From Nitrospirota bacterium (GTDB lineage: Bacteria > Nitrospirota > UBA9217): DNA of 64,000 nt. Within the stretch, counting starts at the first letter, position 1. Every line of letters begins with the position of its first letter. A program made the translations under genes and the position numbers. Positions 24,629-36,565 of this stretch are shown here, in pieces. Below the pieces are notes generated by a model. That model searched no databases. It was not told the DNA's origin and worked only from the letters and a program-made list of their open reading frames with translations. The stretch is taken from NCBI GenBank assembly GCA_963737155.1, contig CAVTRN010000001.1, positions 1,408,001-1,472,000 on the forward strand, written 5' to 3'.

Positions 24629-24918
24629 TGTTAGATATGTATGATATCATCCGCGTGCCACGTATAACTGAAAAAGGTGCGCGGCTCAAGGAAAAAAATA
24701 ATGTTTTGACCTTTGAAGTCAGGGTTAACGCCAACAAGGTGCAGGTGAGAAAGGCAATAGAAGAAATATTCAAGGTCAAGGTTGCAGACGTTACCACAGT
24801 TAAAAATGCAGGCAAGAACAAGCGTGTTGGAAACCGGTTGGGCCGGAGGTCTGACTGGAAGAAAGCATACGTGACGTTGAAGCCTGGTGAAAAGATCGCT
24901 ATATTTGAGGGTGCATAA
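24625..24918 (+). CDS. rplW: 50S ribosomal protein L23
   Basis: PRITEK, WKKAYVTL. Confidence 0.98.
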   Translation: MMLDMYDIIRVPRITEKGARLKEKNNVLTFEVRVNANKVQVRKAIEEIFKVKVADVTTVKNAGKNKRVGNRLGRRSDWKKAYVTLKPGEKIAIFEGA

Positions 24919-25746
24919 ATGCCGGTAAAGAGCTATAACCCAACATCTCCGGGAAGACGGTTTCAGACGACCTCGACATTCGAAGAGGTAACGCGCAGCA
25001 CGCCGGAGAAATCGCTGCTCGTAAAGATAAGCGAAAGCGGCGGAAGAAACAACCGCGGTAAGGTCACTGTCCGTTACCGGGGCGGCTGGCACAAGAAAAA
25101 ATACCGGGTGATTGACTTCCGACGTGAAAAAGTCGACGTGCCTGCAAGGGTTGCAGAAATTGAGTATGATCCAAACAGGTCTGCTCGTATCGCCCTCCTT
25201 CATTATGCAGACGGTGAAAAGCGATATATCATCGCTCCACTCGGTTTGAAAGTCGGCGACAGCGTTCTGTCAGGCCCTAATGCCGATATCAAAACGGGAA
25301 ATGCACTTCCGATGACCGCAATTCCGGTCGGCACTATCCTCCATAATGTGGAGCTTAAGAAGGGCGCAGGCGGACAACTCGGGAGGAGCGCTGGTGCATC
25401 GGTGCAGCTTCTGGCACGTGAGGGTGAATATGCTACCTTGAGATTAAACTCCGGAGAAGTTCGCAGAGTCCGTTCGGAGTGTATGGCAACTATCGGTCAG
25501 GTAGGGAACTTGGATCATGAGAACGTTAGCATCGGAAAGGCCGGAAGAGCACGCTGGATGGGAATGCGGCCTCGGGTGCGCGGAGTGGCAAAAAACCCCG
25601 TTGACCATCCTCTCGGAGGCGGCGAAGGTAAGTCATCGGGCGGAAGACCGGGTTGTTCGCCATGGGGACTGCCTGACGGAACGAAAACGCGGAAAAACAA
25701 ATCGACGACGAAATTCATTGTTTCACGAAGAACAAAGAGCAGATAA
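24919..25746 (+). CDS. rplB: 50S ribosomal protein L2
   Basis: [24 protein letters not shown]. Confidence 0.99.
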   Translation: MPVKSYNPTSPGRRFQTTSTFEEVTRSTPEKSLLVKISESGGRNNRGKVTVRYRGGWHKKKYRVIDFRREKVDVPARVAEIEYDPNRSARIALLHYADGEKRYIIAPLGLKVGDSVLSGPNADIKTGNALPMTAIPVGTILHNVELKKGAGGQLGRSAGASVQLLAREGEYATLRLNSGEVRRVRSECMATIGQVGNLDHENVSIGKAGRARWMGMRPRVRGVAKNPVDHPLGGGEGKSSGGRPGCSPWGLPDGTKTRKNKSTTKFIVSRRTKSR

Positions 25747-25767
25747 ACAAATAAGCGGAGGAATACG

Positions 25768-26058
25768 GTGCCGAGATCAGTTAAAAAGGGGCCTTTTATC
25801 GATGAGAGCCTCATGAAAAAAGTTGAAGCTATGAACGCATCCGGTGATAAGAAAATTGTGAAGACCTGGTCACGGAGATCGACGATTACACCTGAATTTG
25901 TCGGCCACACTATGGCTGTACATAACGGCAAAAAGTTTATCCCCGTCTATGTCACCGAAAACATGGTCGGACATAAATTAGGAGAGTTTTCGCAAACTCG
26001 GACGTTCAAAGCGCACGGTGGATCAAAATCCGCGGAAAAGGCAAGTGCTCCGAAGTAG
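25768..26058 (+). CDS. rpsS: 30S ribosomal protein S19
   Basis: [17 protein letters not shown]. Confidence 0.99.
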   Translation: MPRSVKKGPFIDESLMKKVEAMNASGDKKIVKTWSRRSTITPEFVGHTMAVHNGKKFIPVYVTENMVGHKLGEFSQTRTFKAHGGSKSAEKASAPK

Positions 26059-26096
26059 AAAACGGATCGCCCCGTTACGAGAAAGAGGATGGTCAG

Positions 26097-26426
26097 ATGG
26101 AAGCAAGCGCAACAGTAAGGCATATACGCATTACGCCGCGCAAGGCGCGACAAGTGATAGATCTTATCCGCGGGAAAATGGTGGGTGATGCCATCAATAT
26201 TCTCACCTTTACTCCACTCCACGCAGCACGGATTGTCAAGAAGCTTCTCGATTCGGCTGTCGCGAATGCCGAGCAGAAGAAAGTGGGAGATTTGGATACG
26301 CTCAAGGTTACCAAGGCGTTTGTAAACCAGGGTGTAACCATGAAACGGATGAGGGCGCGGGCTATGGGCCGTGGTAACGTGATCAAGAAGAGGACCAGCC
26401 ATATTACGCTGGTGCTTTCAGTATAG
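26097..26426 (+). CDS. rplV: 50S ribosomal protein L22
   Basis: PRKARQV, RARAMGR, TSHIT. Confidence 0.98.
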   Translation: MEASATVRHIRITPRKARQVIDLIRGKMVGDAINILTFTPLHAARIVKKLLDSAVANAEQKKVGDLDTLKVTKAFVNQGVTMKRMRARAMGRGNVIKKRTSHITLVLSV

Positions 26427-26445
26427 GTTCAATAACGGAGGCATC

Positions 26446-27090
26446 ATGGGACAGAAGGTACATCCGATCGGGCTGAGGCTCGGGATAATAAAGACGTGGG
26501 ATTCACGCTGGTTTTCTCAGAAGAACTATGCAGCTCTCCTGCATGAGGATATCAAGATCCGCAAGATTGTGAAAGAGCGCCTCATGCATGCAGGAGTTGC
26601 AAAAGTGGAAATCGAACGGGCTGGCCAAAAGGCCAAAATTAACATTCACACAGCACGGCCGGGGATCATCATTGGCAAAAAAGGTGCCGAGGTAGATAAG
26701 CTGAAAAAAGATCTCGAGGCAATGACCGGAAAGCAGATATATATTAATATTCAGGAAATCAGGCGCCCAGAACTGGATGCCCAGCTCGTAGCCGAGAACA
26801 TCGCTTTACAGCTGGAGCGCCGGATCGCATTCCGCAGAGCCATGAAAAAAGCTGTAACCTCGGCTCTTCGTCTCGGCGCCCAGGGCATCAAGATTAACTG
26901 TGCGGGTAGGTTGGCCGGTGCGGAAATTGCGCGGACTGAGTGGTACCGCGAGGGACGGGTTCCCCTTCATACGCTGCGTGCTGATATCAATTACGGATTT
27001 TTCGAGGCAAAAACAACGATGGGGCAGATTGGCGTTAAGGTCTGGATCTACCGGGGTGATATTCTTCAGCAGCCGACGAGCGCGGCATAA
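26446..27090 (+). CDS. rpsC: 30S ribosomal protein S3
   Basis: [19 protein letters not shown]. Confidence 0.99.
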   Translation: MGQKVHPIGLRLGIIKTWDSRWFSQKNYAALLHEDIKIRKIVKERLMHAGVAKVEIERAGQKAKINIHTARPGIIIGKKGAEVDKLKKDLEAMTGKQIYINIQEIRRPELDAQLVAENIALQLERRIAFRRAMKKAVTSALRLGAQGIKINCAGRLAGAEIARTEWYREGRVPLHTLRADINYGFFEAKTTMGQIGVKVWIYRGDILQQPTSAA

Positions 27091-27125
27091 GCGACCGTAT
27101 TACGAGCGATTAAAGGACTTTAATC

Positions 27126-27542
27126 ATGTTAGCACCTAAACGAGTTAAACACCGAAAGATGCACAAGGGAAGAATGACGGGTACGGCTTACCGCGGCGCC
27201 GAGGTGAGCTACGGCGAGTTTGGCCTTAAGGTACTAGAGCCGGGCTGGATTACCAGTCGGCAGATTGAGGCAGCCCGTATCGCGATGACACGTTACGTAA
27301 AACGCGGTGGCAAGATCTGGATTCGCATATTCCCCGACAAACCGATTACGAAAAAGCCGGCAGAAACCCGCATGGGAAAGGGCAAGGGAGCTCCTGAGTA
27401 TTGGGTAGCGGTGGTTAAGCCCGGTCGGGTACTCTATGAGATGGGTGGTGTCGACGAGTCGGTAGCAAGAGAAGCATTCCGCCTGGCGGCATATAAGCTA
27501 CCGATTGCGACGAAGTTTGTCTCACGGGAGGCTGAAATATGA
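27126..27542 (+). CDS. rplP: 50S ribosomal protein L16
   Basis: [16 protein letters not shown]. Confidence 0.99.
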   Translation: MLAPKRVKHRKMHKGRMTGTAYRGAEVSYGEFGLKVLEPGWITSRQIEAARIAMTRYVKRGGKIWIRIFPDKPITKKPAETRMGKGKGAPEYWVAVVKPGRVLYEMGGVDESVAREAFRLAAYKLPIATKFVSREAEI

Positions 27543-27739
27543 AGACGCGTGCGCGAGAATTACGGGACTTGTCGAACGATGAATTGCAGGCAAAAGCTGT
27601 TGACCTCAAAAAGGAGCTGTTCAACCTCAGGGTCCAGCAGGCCATGGGACAGATTGAAAATCCGATGCGGTTGAGAACGCTGCGAAAAGATATCGCAAAA
27701 GCAAAAACAGTCTTAAAGGAAAAACATGGAAGAGTCTAA
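27539..27739 (+). CDS. rpmC: 50S ribosomal protein L29
   Basis: ELFNLR, RKDIAK; operon position. Confidence 0.97.
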   Translation: MKTRARELRDLSNDELQAKAVDLKKELFNLRVQQAMGQIENPMRLRTLRKDIAKAKTVLKEKHGRV

Positions 27740-27983
27740 GAAGAGAAAAGCCTACATCGGGCAGGTTATCAGCGATAAAATGGACAAAACAGTCGTACTG
27801 GCGGTCACGAGACGTATTGCTCATTCTCGGTACGGTAAGACCGTTAAGCGCACTACCAAGTTCAAGGCTCATGATGAAAAGAATGAGTGCAAGGTCGGTG
27901 ATGTAGTTCGGTTCATTGAGACCCGGCCCCTGTCAAAGGAAAAACGGTGGAAGGTGCTTGAGATCGTTGAGAAAGCAAATTAA
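27726..27983 (+). CDS. rpsQ: 30S ribosomal protein S17
   Basis: SDKMDKT, AHDE, ETRPLSK. Confidence 0.98.
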   Translation: MEESKKRKAYIGQVISDKMDKTVVLAVTRRIAHSRYGKTVKRTTKFKAHDEKNECKVGDVVRFIETRPLSKEKRWKVLEIVEKAN

Positions 27984-28020
27984 ATACCAGGGACGAGAAA
28001 TCTTCGCAGAGGATTGAGAT

Positions 28021-28389
28021 ATGATTCAGCAGCAGACAGTATTGGACGTAGCCGATAATTCCGGCGCAAAAAAAGTGATGTGTATAAAAGTGCTAGGTGG
28101 CACGCGCAAGCGTTATGCTACCTTGGGCGATGTAATCGTGGTTGCCATCAAGATGGCGATTCCCGAAGGGCAGGTAAAAAAAGGCACCGTTGCAAAAGCG
28201 GTGGTTGTCCGCACGACCAAAGAGGTGCGACGGCAGGACGGCTCGTATATAAAGTTTGATCGGAACGCCGCGGTATTGATAAACAACGCGAATGAGCCGA
28301 TCGGGACGCGCATCTTTGGCCCCGTTGCTCGGGAACTCCGCAGGAAGAACTTTATGAAAATTATATCGCTGGCGCCTGAAGTGCTTTAA
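28021..28389 (+). CDS. rplN: 50S ribosomal protein L14
   Basis: [23 protein letters not shown]. Confidence 0.99.
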   Translation: MIQQQTVLDVADNSGAKKVMCIKVLGGTRKRYATLGDVIVVAIKMAIPEGQVKKGTVAKAVVVRTTKEVRRQDGSYIKFDRNAAVLINNANEPIGTRIFGPVARELRRKNFMKIISLAPEVL

Positions 28390-28432
28390 AGCGACCTCCA
28401 GAAACAGCTGAGGGAAAGCAGGAATTCAGAAT

Positions 28433-28744
28433 ATGCAGATAAAGAAAAATGACAACGTACTGGTGATAGCTGGCAAGGAAAAAGGGAAAAGGGGCAGAGT
28501 CATCGCTGTATACCCGACAACGAACAGACTTCTTGTCGAGAAACTAAACATGATTAAGCGGCACACGCGACCCAACCAGCAGGTCAGGCAGGGGGGGATT
28601 ATGGAAATGGAGAACCCTCTTTCTGTATCGAACGTGCAGTTGATTTGTTCGAAATGCGATAAACCTACTGCTGTTTCTCGTAAAGACCAAGGCGATGGTT
28701 CGCGTGCAAGAGTATGTAAAAAATGCAGCGAAGTCATCGATTAA
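28433..28744 (+). CDS. rplX: 50S ribosomal protein L24
   Basis: KOW motif [14 protein letters not shown]. Confidence 0.98.
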   Translation: MQIKKNDNVLVIAGKEKGKRGRVIAVYPTTNRLLVEKLNMIKRHTRPNQQVRQGGIMEMENPLSVSNVQLICSKCDKPTAVSRKDQGDGSRARVCKKCSEVID

Positions 28745-28802
28745 GCTGATCCTCCGTTTCCGTGATTCAATATTGAGAACTGTAAAACAGGATAATAGAA
28801 CA

Positions 28803-29510
28803 ATGGCAGATAAAAAAGACAAAACGAAAGAGACAGAAAGCGGAGAGCAGAAAAAAACCGCATCCAAGACGCAAAAGGCAGGCGCAAAAGCAAAGGGCAC
28901 CGCAACCACAGCAAAAAAGGAAGCGGCAGCCGGGGAGGGCAGCAAGAAAATCGCTCCCGAACCAATTCCGACCCCTCGGCTGAAGACGCGGTATCATGAA
29001 GTTGCGGTTCCTGCGCTGATGAAGGAGTTCCAGTACAAGAACCCTATGCAAGCGCCGAAACTTGTCAAGATTGTGCTAAATATCGGTATGGGAGAGGCGA
29101 TTTCCAATGCGAAATCCCTGGACCACGCCGCTGAAGAAATGGCAAAGATATCGGGTCAGCGGCCGGTAATCACCCGTGCCAAAAAATCTATAGCAACCTT
29201 CAAACTAAGAGAGGGTATGCCGATCGGCTGCATGGTTACTCTCCGGCGTGAGCGCATGTATGAGTTCCTCGATCGCTTTATCAGCGCCGCACTTCCCCGC
29301 ATCAGAGACTTTAAGGGCATCTCATCAAAATCCTTTGACGGCAGAGGCAATTACTCGTTAGGGATCAAGGAACAGGTTATTTTTCCAGAGATAGAAATTG
29401 ACAAGGTTGATTCGGTTCATGGCATGGATATTGTAATTGTTACGACGGCGAAAACCGACGAGGAGGGCCGGGCATTGCTCGGTCATCTGGGCATGCCGTA
29501 CCGGAAGTAG
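28803..29510 (+). CDS. rplE: 50S ribosomal protein L5 with N-terminal K/A/T-rich extension
   Basis: [17 protein letters not shown]; about 55 low-complexity residues precede the core. Confidence 0.96.
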   Translation: MADKKDKTKETESGEQKKTASKTQKAGAKAKGTATTAKKEAAAGEGSKKIAPEPIPTPRLKTRYHEVAVPALMKEFQYKNPMQAPKLVKIVLNIGMGEAISNAKSLDHAAEEMAKISGQRPVITRAKKSIATFKLREGMPIGCMVTLRRERMYEFLDRFISAALPRIRDFKGISSKSFDGRGNYSLGIKEQVIFPEIEIDKVDSVHGMDIVIVTTAKTDEEGRALLGHLGMPYRK

Positions 29511-29539
29511 TCCGGGCAACCGGACGTCATGGAGGAACG

Positions 29540-29725
29540 ATGGCAAAGAAGTCGTTGATAGCTAAAGCGCAGAGACCTGCTAAGTTCAAAGTACGGAACT
29601 ACCACCGATGTCCGTTGTGCGGACGGTCACGGGGATATCTGCGCAAGTTCGATATGTGCAGGATTTGCTTCAGAAACAGGGCGCTTCGTGGAGAGATTCC
29701 GGGCGTGATTAAGGCGAGCTGGTAA
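29540..29725 (+). CDS. rpsN: 30S ribosomal protein S14 (Zn type)
   Basis: RCPLCGR..CRICFR, 61 aa. Confidence 0.98.
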   Translation: MAKKSLIAKAQRPAKFKVRNYHRCPLCGRSRGYLRKFDMCRICFRNRALRGEIPGVIKASW

Positions 29726-29744
29726 CTAAAAGGGGTTTGAATCA

Positions 29745-30140
29745 ATGATGACCGATCCAATCGCGGATATGCTGACGCGTATTCGCAATGCAAGTAAGGC
29801 AAAGCATGAGAAAGTCGATATTCCCTCTTCGAAGATGAAGATCGAGATTGCGAAGATCCTCAAGGATGAGGGATACGTGAAGAACGTAAAGCTGGTAAAA
29901 GACCGCAGGCAGGGTCTGATTCGAGTATACCTGAAGTACACCGAGGATGAATTGCCCGTTATTCAGGGCATTAAGCGGGTCAGCAGACCGGGATGCCGAG
30001 TTTATGCGGGCAACGATGCGATCCCCAAGGTATTGGCTGGACTCGGGACTGCGATCCTGTCCACTCCGAAAGGGATTCAGACCGGCAAGCAGGCGAAGAA
30101 GGACAACGTTGGCGGTGAAGTTCTATGCCATGTGTGGTAG
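29745..30140 (+). CDS. rpsH: 30S ribosomal protein S8
   Basis: [18 protein letters not shown]. Confidence 0.99.
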   Translation: MMTDPIADMLTRIRNASKAKHEKVDIPSSKMKIEIAKILKDEGYVKNVKLVKDRRQGLIRVYLKYTEDELPVIQGIKRVSRPGCRVYAGNDAIPKVLAGLGTAILSTPKGIQTGKQAKKDNVGGEVLCHVW

Positions 30141-30185
30141 TTTCAAAGCAGTGATTTCGTCCTCTCGAAGAGGGTAGGAGCTGTC

Positions 30186-30734
30186 ATGTCAAGGGTTGGA
30201 AAAAAACCGATTGAGATTCCATCTGGTGTCGAGACCAAGCTCGAGACCGGCAAGATTACAGTGAAGGGTCCTCTGGGCGAGATGAGCCAGGATGTGAATC
30301 CGAAGCTGACAATCAAGAAGGAAAATAATCAGCTGTTCGTGGAGCGTCCGACGAACCAGAAAATGTATCGAGAGTTGCACGGTATGACGCGGAACCTGAT
30401 CGCCAATATGGTAACCGGCGTGAGTAAGGGTTATGAAAAGACCCTAGAAATTTCCGGAGTCGGTTTTAAAGCCGCCGCTCAGGGAACGAACCTGATGCTT
30501 ACACTCGGGTTTTCTCATCCCATCGTTTATCCGCTGCCAAAGAGCATTAAGGCTACGGTAGATGCAAAACAGACGCAGGTCACATTGAAAGGTGTGGACA
30601 AACAGCTCGTCGGTCAGATTGCCGCGAATCTCAGGAGTTTGAAAAAACCGGAACCTTATAAGGGGAAGGGTATCAAGTACAGCACTGAGGTCATTCATCG
30701 CAAGGAAGGCAAAGCAGGCAAGGGCGGAAAATAG
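30186..30734 (+). CDS. rplF: 50S ribosomal protein L6
   Basis: MSRVGK, PEPYKGKGI. Confidence 0.99.
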   Translation: MSRVGKKPIEIPSGVETKLETGKITVKGPLGEMSQDVNPKLTIKKENNQLFVERPTNQKMYRELHGMTRNLIANMVTGVSKGYEKTLEISGVGFKAAAQGTNLMLTLGFSHPIVYPLPKSIKATVDAKQTQVTLKGVDKQLVGQIAANLRSLKKPEPYKGKGIKYSTEVIHRKEGKAGKGGK

Positions 30735-30779
30735 AAACCGGTCTGAATTTCAGAATCGTATAGAGCAGGAGAGAAGAGC

Positions 30780-31142
30780 GTGGCACAGAGTAAACTGAAG
30801 TCGAGGCAAAGACGGCACGAAAGAGTCAGGGCGAAGGTTCGTGGCACGACAAGTAAACCAAGACTGAGCGTGTTCAAGAGCCTGAGCCATATCTACGCAC
30901 AGCTTATTGATGATACCACGGGGAAGACACTGGTTACGGCGTCCACAACCGAAAAAGCGGTTAGTTCTGGCTTGAAGCACGGGGGTAATGTTGCGGCGGC
31001 CAAAAAAGTTGGCGTAAGCATTGCCGAACGGGCGATAGGGAAGGATATTAAAGTAGTCGTGTTTGACCGAGGCGGCTACAAATATCACGGATGCGTCAAG
31101 GCGCTGGCTGATGCGGCGCGTGAAGCAGGTCTCAGATTCTAG
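30780..31142 (+). CDS. rplR: 50S ribosomal protein L18
   Basis: [18 protein letters not shown]. Confidence 0.98.
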   Translation: MAQSKLKSRQRRHERVRAKVRGTTSKPRLSVFKSLSHIYAQLIDDTTGKTLVTASTTEKAVSSGLKHGGNVAAAKKVGVSIAERAIGKDIKVVVFDRGGYKYHGCVKALADAAREAGLRF

Positions 31143-31169
31143 TGGCACCATTTATTACCGGAGGCGGCA

Positions 31170-31682
31170 TTGGCAGAGCGATACAATAATAAAGAGACGG
31201 AAGAAGGCGATGGCCTGAAAGATAAACTGGTTTATCTGAACCGTGTGGCCAAGGTGGTGAAGGGCGGAAAAAGATTCAATTTTAGCGCCCTAGTTGTCGT
31301 AGGCGATGGTAAGGGCAAGATCGGTGTTGGCAAAGGCAAAGCGGCTGAGGCGCCGGTAGCCATTAAAAAAGCCGTGGAGCGGGCAAAAAAGAACATGGTT
31401 CTTGTTTCCCTTAAAGGTGACACCATTCCCCATGAAGTGCTTGGGCATTACGGTGCGGGAAGGGTGTTGCTCAAGCCAGCCTCGGAAGGCACGGGGTTGA
31501 TTGCAGGTGGCGCCAGCAGATCGGTGCTAGAGGTTGTAGGCGTGCGGAATGTGCTGTGCAAATCTCTTGGTTCGAGCAATCCTCATAACGTTGTCAGCGC
31601 TACGATTAACGGGCTCACCAGACTTCGGAGCGCCGCCCAGGTTGCATTGCTCAGGGGCAAACCCGTGGAGGAGTTGATTTAA
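31170..31682 (+). CDS. rpsE: 30S ribosomal protein S5
   Basis: [19 protein letters not shown]. Confidence 0.99.
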   Translation: MAERYNNKETEEGDGLKDKLVYLNRVAKVVKGGKRFNFSALVVVGDGKGKIGVGKGKAAEAPVAIKKAVERAKKNMVLVSLKGDTIPHEVLGHYGAGRVLLKPASEGTGLIAGGASRSVLEVVGVRNVLCKSLGSSNPHNVVSATINGLTRLRSAAQVALLRGKPVEELI

Positions 31683-31683
31683 C

Positions 31684-31884
31684 ATGGCGAAGACAGACGG
31701 AAAAAAGCTGAAAATTACCCTTGTGAAAAGCGGTATCGCCCGTCCGGGGAAGCACAAGGTTGTGTTAATTGGTCTGGGTTTGAAGAAATTAAATAAGTCC
31801 GTAATTCGTCTGGATACTCCTGAAATTCGCGGCATGATCAATAAAGTGAGCCATCTCATCCATGTTGAGGAAGCAAAAAACTAA
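31684..31884 (+). CDS. rpmD: 50S ribosomal protein L30
   Basis: [17 protein letters not shown]. Confidence 0.97.
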   Translation: MAKTDGKKLKITLVKSGIARPGKHKVVLIGLGLKKLNKSVIRLDTPEIRGMINKVSHLIHVEEAKN

Positions 31885-31914
31885 CCATACGATTCGAACG
31901 CAGGATTGCCTATT

Positions 31915-32355
31915 ATGAGATTAGAAGAGCTGAAACCCGCAAAAGGGGCGACAAAAAAAAGAAAGAGGGTCGGCAGGGGGCCGGGCTCAGGTGCAGGTAA
32001 GACCGCATCCAAAGGCCATAAGGGTCAGAAAGCCCGATCTGGAGGCGTGAAAGGTGCCGGCTTTGAAGGCGGTCAGATGCCTTTGCAGCGCAGGATCCCC
32101 AAACGGGGATTCACAAATATCTTTCGCAAGGAATACGCAATTGTGAACCTGTCAGAGCTTGAGAAAATCGGCGGGACCGACCCGGTAACACCTGAAATGC
32201 TTGTACAGAAGGGCCTAATTAAGGACTTGAAAACAGGGGTCAAGATTCTCGGCATGGGTGAACTGAAATCCAAGCTGACTGTCCGTGCCCATAAGTTCAG
32301 CAAAAGCGCTCTGGATAAAATTCAGGCGGCTGGCGGCAAGGCTGAGGTGATTTAA
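31915..32355 (+). CDS. rplO: 50S ribosomal protein L15
   Basis: [15 protein letters not shown]. Confidence 0.98.
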   Translation: MRLEELKPAKGATKKRKRVGRGPGSGAGKTASKGHKGQKARSGGVKGAGFEGGQMPLQRRIPKRGFTNIFRKEYAIVNLSELEKIGGTDPVTPEMLVQKGLIKDLKTGVKILGMGELKSKLTVRAHKFSKSALDKIQAAGGKAEVI

Positions 32356-32358
32356 CCC

Positions 32359-33657
32359 TTGTTCACTGGCCTGAAAAACATATTCAATATACCAGAACTT
32401 CGGAAGCGCATTATCTTTACGCTCTTGATGTTGGCTGTATATCGTATTGGCGCCCATATCCCCACGCCTGGCGTCAAAGGGGAAGCGCTCAGTCAATTTC
32501 TGCACCAGTCCGCAGCCGGGCTGATGGGTTTTTTTGACATGTTTTCCGGTGGAGCTTTGTCGAGAGTCACGATATTTGCTCTCGGGATTATGCCCTACAT
32601 CACGGCCTCCATTGTGCTGCAGCTTCTGACTGTGGTGATGCCTCGTCTTCAGGCGTTAGCGAAGGAAGGGGAGGCTGGCCGCAAGAAGATTACCGAGTAT
32701 ACGCGATATGGAACAGTTCTCATCTCCGGATTTCAGTCGTTCTGGATGGCAGTCGGAATAGAAAAGATGGGTGGCGGTGCATTTGTTGAGTCGACCGGAT
32801 GGTCGTTCCGCATTCTCACCATGATTACGCTAACCGCGGGAACGACGTTCATCATGTGGCTTGGAGAGCAGATAACCGAGCGCGGGATCGGAAATGGCAT
32901 ATCCCTGATAATTTTCGCAGGCATTGTTTCTGGCTTCCCCCGTGCGGTTAGCAACACCTTAGGCTTGGTAAGCGCGGGTGAAATTGCCTATTTCATGGTC
33001 TTTATCATTATTGCATTAATTATCGCAGTTGTTGCAGCGATCATCGTGATGGAGCGCGGGCAGAGGAAAATTGCGGTGCAATATGCTCAGAGGATGGTGG
33101 GGAGAAAAATTTACAAAGGACAAAGCACGCATCTCCCCCTCAAGATCAACTCCTCGGGGGTTATTCCTCCCATCTTCGCATCTTCAATCCTGCTTTTCCC
33201 AGCTACTATAGCGGGCTTTGTTCAGGTACCGTGGCTTCATTGGTTTGCACTGCAGCTTTCACCCGGGAAACTGCTCTATACCCTGGTATATGTGGTTATG
33301 ATTATCGGGTTCTCCTATTTCTATACCGCTATCGTGTTTAATCCGGTTGATATCGCGGATAATTTGAAAAAATACGGTGGTTTCATCCCGGGGATCAGGC
33401 CAGGGAAGAAGACCTCCGACTATCTATTTCGTGTTTTGAACCGCATAACACTTGGCGGCGCACTGTATCTTGCCGCAGTATGCGTTTTGCCCGATATATT
33501 TTATAAGTTTCTCAATGTGCCGTTTTATTTCGGAGGGACATCGCTTCTCATTGTCATCGGTGTGGCTCTCGATACGGTTTCGCAGATTGAGTCACACTTA
33601 ATTCAAAGACACTACGGAGGTTTTCTGAAGGGCAGCGTTGTTAAAGGGAGACGTTAA
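32359..33657 (+). CDS. secY: preprotein translocase subunit SecY
   Basis: LGIMPYITASI, GIGNGISL, IPGIRPG, FGGTSLLI. Confidence 0.99.
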   Translation: MFTGLKNIFNIPELRKRIIFTLLMLAVYRIGAHIPTPGVKGEALSQFLHQSAAGLMGFFDMFSGGALSRVTIFALGIMPYITASIVLQLLTVVMPRLQALAKEGEAGRKKITEYTRYGTVLISGFQSFWMAVGIEKMGGGAFVESTGWSFRILTMITLTAGTTFIMWLGEQITERGIGNGISLIIFAGIVSGFPRAVSNTLGLVSAGEIAYFMVFIIIALIIAVVAAIIVMERGQRKIAVQYAQRMVGRKIYKGQSTHLPLKINSSGVIPPIFASSILLFPATIAGFVQVPWLHWFALQLSPGKLLYTLVYVVMIIGFSYFYTAIVFNPVDIADNLKKYGGFIPGIRPGKKTSDYLFRVLNRITLGGALYLAAVCVLPDIFYKFLNVPFYFGGTSLLIVIGVALDTVSQIESHLIQRHYGGFLKGSVVKGRR

Positions 33658-33672
33658 TGACTAGGAGTTGCC

Positions 33673-34422
33673 ATGATTATTCTCAAGTCCCTTCAGGAGA
33701 TCGAAAAGATACGGAAAGCGTGTTTAATAGTATCGGATGTTCTTGACCGTATTCGCGAGCATGTTCGGCCCGGTATCAGTACTCAGGCTCTTGATGAAAT
33801 TGCCGAGGGGCAGATTCTGATCGCAGGTGCAAAGCCGGCTTTCAAAGGATACCGCGGGTACACGAAGACGCTTTGTACATCGATAAACAGCGAGGTTATT
33901 CACGGAATACCTGCGAAAGAAGTTGTCCTTAAAGCGGGGGATATCGTAAGCATCGATGTAGGAGCAATCGTAGATGGATTCTACGGCGATGCCGCCGTTA
34001 CGATACCAGTAGGAATTATTTCAAAAGAAGCTGAACGGCTTATCAGGGTAACCGAAGAGTCTCTTTACCGCGGCATTGATCAGGCAAGAACAGGCAAGAG
34101 GCTGTATGATATCTCCTACGCTGTTCAAAGTCATGTTGAGGCTCACGGGTATTCGATAGTTCGAGAATATGTTGGGCATGGGATCGGTCGGAATCTCCAT
34201 GAAGACCCCCAGATCCCGAACTTTGGTTCTCAAAATCAGGGGCCAAGGTTAAAGTCTGGGATGGTTCTTGCGGTGGAACCGATGGTAAACGCTGGTGGCA
34301 GTGCAACAGTTGTTAAAGATGATGGTTGGACGGCCGTAACGTCAGATGGTAGCCTTTCCGCTCACTTTGAACATACTATCGCGATTATGCCGGATGGCCC
34401 CTGGATACTGACAAAGAAGTAA
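33673..34422 (+). CDS. map: type I methionine aminopeptidase
   Basis: HGIP, GHGIG, SAHFEHT. Confidence 0.98.
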   Translation: MIILKSLQEIEKIRKACLIVSDVLDRIREHVRPGISTQALDEIAEGQILIAGAKPAFKGYRGYTKTLCTSINSEVIHGIPAKEVVLKAGDIVSIDVGAIVDGFYGDAAVTIPVGIISKEAERLIRVTEESLYRGIDQARTGKRLYDISYAVQSHVEAHGYSIVREYVGHGIGRNLHEDPQIPNFGSQNQGPRLKSGMVLAVEPMVNAGGSATVVKDDGWTAVTSDGSLSAHFEHTIAIMPDGPWILTKK

Positions 34423-34459
34423 ACGGCAATAAGGCAAAGATGCAAAGAACCGAGAGGAT

Positions 34460-34678
34460 ATGGCGAAAGAAGATTCTATAGAGGTTCAGGGTACTGTATT
34501 GGAAACGCTTCCTAACGCAATGTTTCGCGTGGAAATGGAAAACGGGCATAAAATACTGGCGCATATATCAGGGAAAATGCGCATGCATTTTATTAAAATT
34601 CTTCCAGGAGACAAGGTAACGGTTGAACTTACTCCCTATGATCTGACTAGAGGCAGGATTACTTATCGTTTTAAATAG
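34460..34678 (+). CDS. infA: translation initiation factor IF-1
   Basis: [23 protein letters not shown]. Confidence 0.99.
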   Translation: MAKEDSIEVQGTVLETLPNAMFRVEMENGHKILAHISGKMRMHFIKILPGDKVTVELTPYDLTRGRITYRFK

Positions 34679-34741
34679 AGCTCCTCTAGTATCAATGCAA
34701 GATTGATTTTAATAATCTCAAGGAAACGGAAGTAACAAAAC

Positions 34742-34855
34742 ATGAAAGTTCGTTCATCAGTACGAAAAATTTGCCCAAAATGCTCTATTATTCGTCGCAA
34801 AGGCATTGTGCGCGTTATTTGTGAGAACTCTCGCCACAAGCAGCGGCAGGGATAA
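34742..34855 (+). CDS. rpmJ: 50S ribosomal protein L36
   Basis: Manual translation [37 protein letters not shown]. Confidence 0.97.
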   Translation: MKVRSSVRKICPKCSIIRRKGIVRVICENSRHKQRQG

Positions 34856-34956
34856 TTTTAGAGGACCGAGTAGGGACTGTTTGATGGGGGCTCCAGCTGC
34901 AAGAGGGTTGCATATAAAGTGTAGCCAGCCTAAAACCATGGACTTGAGGAGGAAAT

Positions 34957-35349
34957 GTGGCACGAATTGCCGGGGTAGATCTCCCCAAAGATAAAAAAAT
35001 CGAGATAGCGCTTACGTATATTTACGGCATCGGGCCGACATCCGCCAAGAAAATTCTTGCGGAATCAGGAATAGACCTAAATATAAAGAGCAGCAATCTG
35101 ACCGAATCTGACATCGTTAAAATCCGTGCAATTCTGGATCGCGATTATACGATAGAGGGTGACCTCCGCAGAGATGTGACGATGCACATAAAACGTTTGA
35201 TGGACATCGGCAGCTACAGGGGGTTGAGGCATCGTAAAGGTTTGCCGGCCCGTGGCCAGCGCACAAAAACGAATGCCAGAACGAGAAAAGGCCCAAAGAA
35301 GTCGGCAATGTCTGGAAGGGGCAAGAAAAAAGGTTTGTCAAAGGTATAA
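34957..35349 (+). CDS. rpsM: 30S ribosomal protein S13
   Basis: [24 protein letters not shown]. Confidence 0.99.
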   Translation: MARIAGVDLPKDKKIEIALTYIYGIGPTSAKKILAESGIDLNIKSSNLTESDIVKIRAILDRDYTIEGDLRRDVTMHIKRLMDIGSYRGLRHRKGLPARGQRTKTNARTRKGPKKSAMSGRGKKKGLSKV

Positions 35350-35419
35350 CGCCGACAAGGGCTGACGCCGCTGTCGCATGAGATTTCTGGACAACCGGTG
35401 TCTCTCATAAGGAGGAATA

Positions 35420-35794
35420 ATGGCTAAGAAGGGCAAAGAAAGAAAGAACGTGGCCAGTGGAGTAGCACATATCCATGCTTCGTTTAACAATACGATTGTA
35501 ACGATTACGGATACCGCAGGGAATGTTATTACTTGGTCTAGTTCCGGGAACAAGGGCTTCAAGGGGTCTCGAAAGAGTACGCCCTTTGCATCACAGTTGG
35601 CTGCAGAAGCGGCTGCCAAGAAAGCCATGGAACACGGTATGAAGCAGGTTGAGGTCTACGTCAAGGGACCGGGGACAGGTAGAGAGTCGGCAATTCGTTC
35701 AATTCAGGCTGCTGGGCTTGAAATTGTTGCGATCAAGGATGTTACTCCGATTCCCCACAATGGGTGCAGGCCGCCGAAGCGGAGACGGGTATAG
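35420..35794 (+). CDS. rpsK: 30S ribosomal protein S11
   Basis: [18 protein letters not shown]. Confidence 0.99.
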   Translation: MAKKGKERKNVASGVAHIHASFNNTIVTITDTAGNVITWSSSGNKGFKGSRKSTPFASQLAAEAAAKKAMEHGMKQVEVYVKGPGTGRESAIRSIQAAGLEIVAIKDVTPIPHNGCRPPKRRRV

Positions 35795-35829
35795 TTTCTT
35801 GGAACTGGGTTTAACACAGGAGGAATCAC

Positions 35830-36459
35830 GTGGCACGGTATATTGGATCAGTTTGTAAGCTCTGCAGAAGGGAGGGCTTGAAGCTCTTTCTGAAGGCTGA
35901 GCGTTGTTATACGGATAAATGCGGTATCACTCGCAGGAGCTATCCTCCCGGCCAGCATGGCCAGGCGCGCATCAAACAATCTGAGTACAGCTTGCAGCTG
36001 AGAGAAAAGCAGAAAATCAGACGGGTGTATGGAGTACTTGAGCGTCAATTCCGCGGCTATTTTGAAAAGGCTGAACGGATGAAAGGCGTTACCGGAGAAA
36101 ATCTGCTGCAGCTCCTTGAACGGAGGATTGATAACGTTGTTCAGAGAATGGGCTTTTCCGGCTCTAAAAAAGAAGCTCGACAGCTCGTACGCCACGGCCA
36201 TATTCTGATCAACGGAAAAAAAGTTAATATTCCGTCTTATCTGTTAAAGGCGGGCGACGTGGTTGAGCTTCGTGAAAAAAGCAGGGGGATTGCGCAGATT
36301 CAACAGACCCTTGCAGCCGTGGAGAAGCGAGGCTTCCCTTCTTGGCTGGAAATCGACAAAGCGCAGTTCAGAGGAAAGGTTTTATCCTTACCGGTCAGGG
36401 ATGAAAGCACGATGCCGACCGTTAAGGAACAGCTTGTCGTCGAACTCTATTCGAAATAA
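35830..36459 (+). CDS. rpsD: 30S ribosomal protein S4
   Basis: [21 protein letters not shown]. Confidence 0.99.
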   Translation: MARYIGSVCKLCRREGLKLFLKAERCYTDKCGITRRSYPPGQHGQARIKQSEYSLQLREKQKIRRVYGVLERQFRGYFEKAERMKGVTGENLLQLLERRIDNVVQRMGFSGSKKEARQLVRHGHILINGKKVNIPSYLLKAGDVVELREKSRGIAQIQQTLAAVEKRGFPSWLEIDKAQFRGKVLSLPVRDESTMPTVKEQLVVELYSK

Positions 36460-36565
36460 TTTTATTTTGATGCTGAGAACGGCACTGAGGACTGCGTGAG
36501 TGCCATTATAATAGGCATTCCTTGCTCTTTTTATAAATAGTTTTTCACTCCGTTCTGGAGGACCC

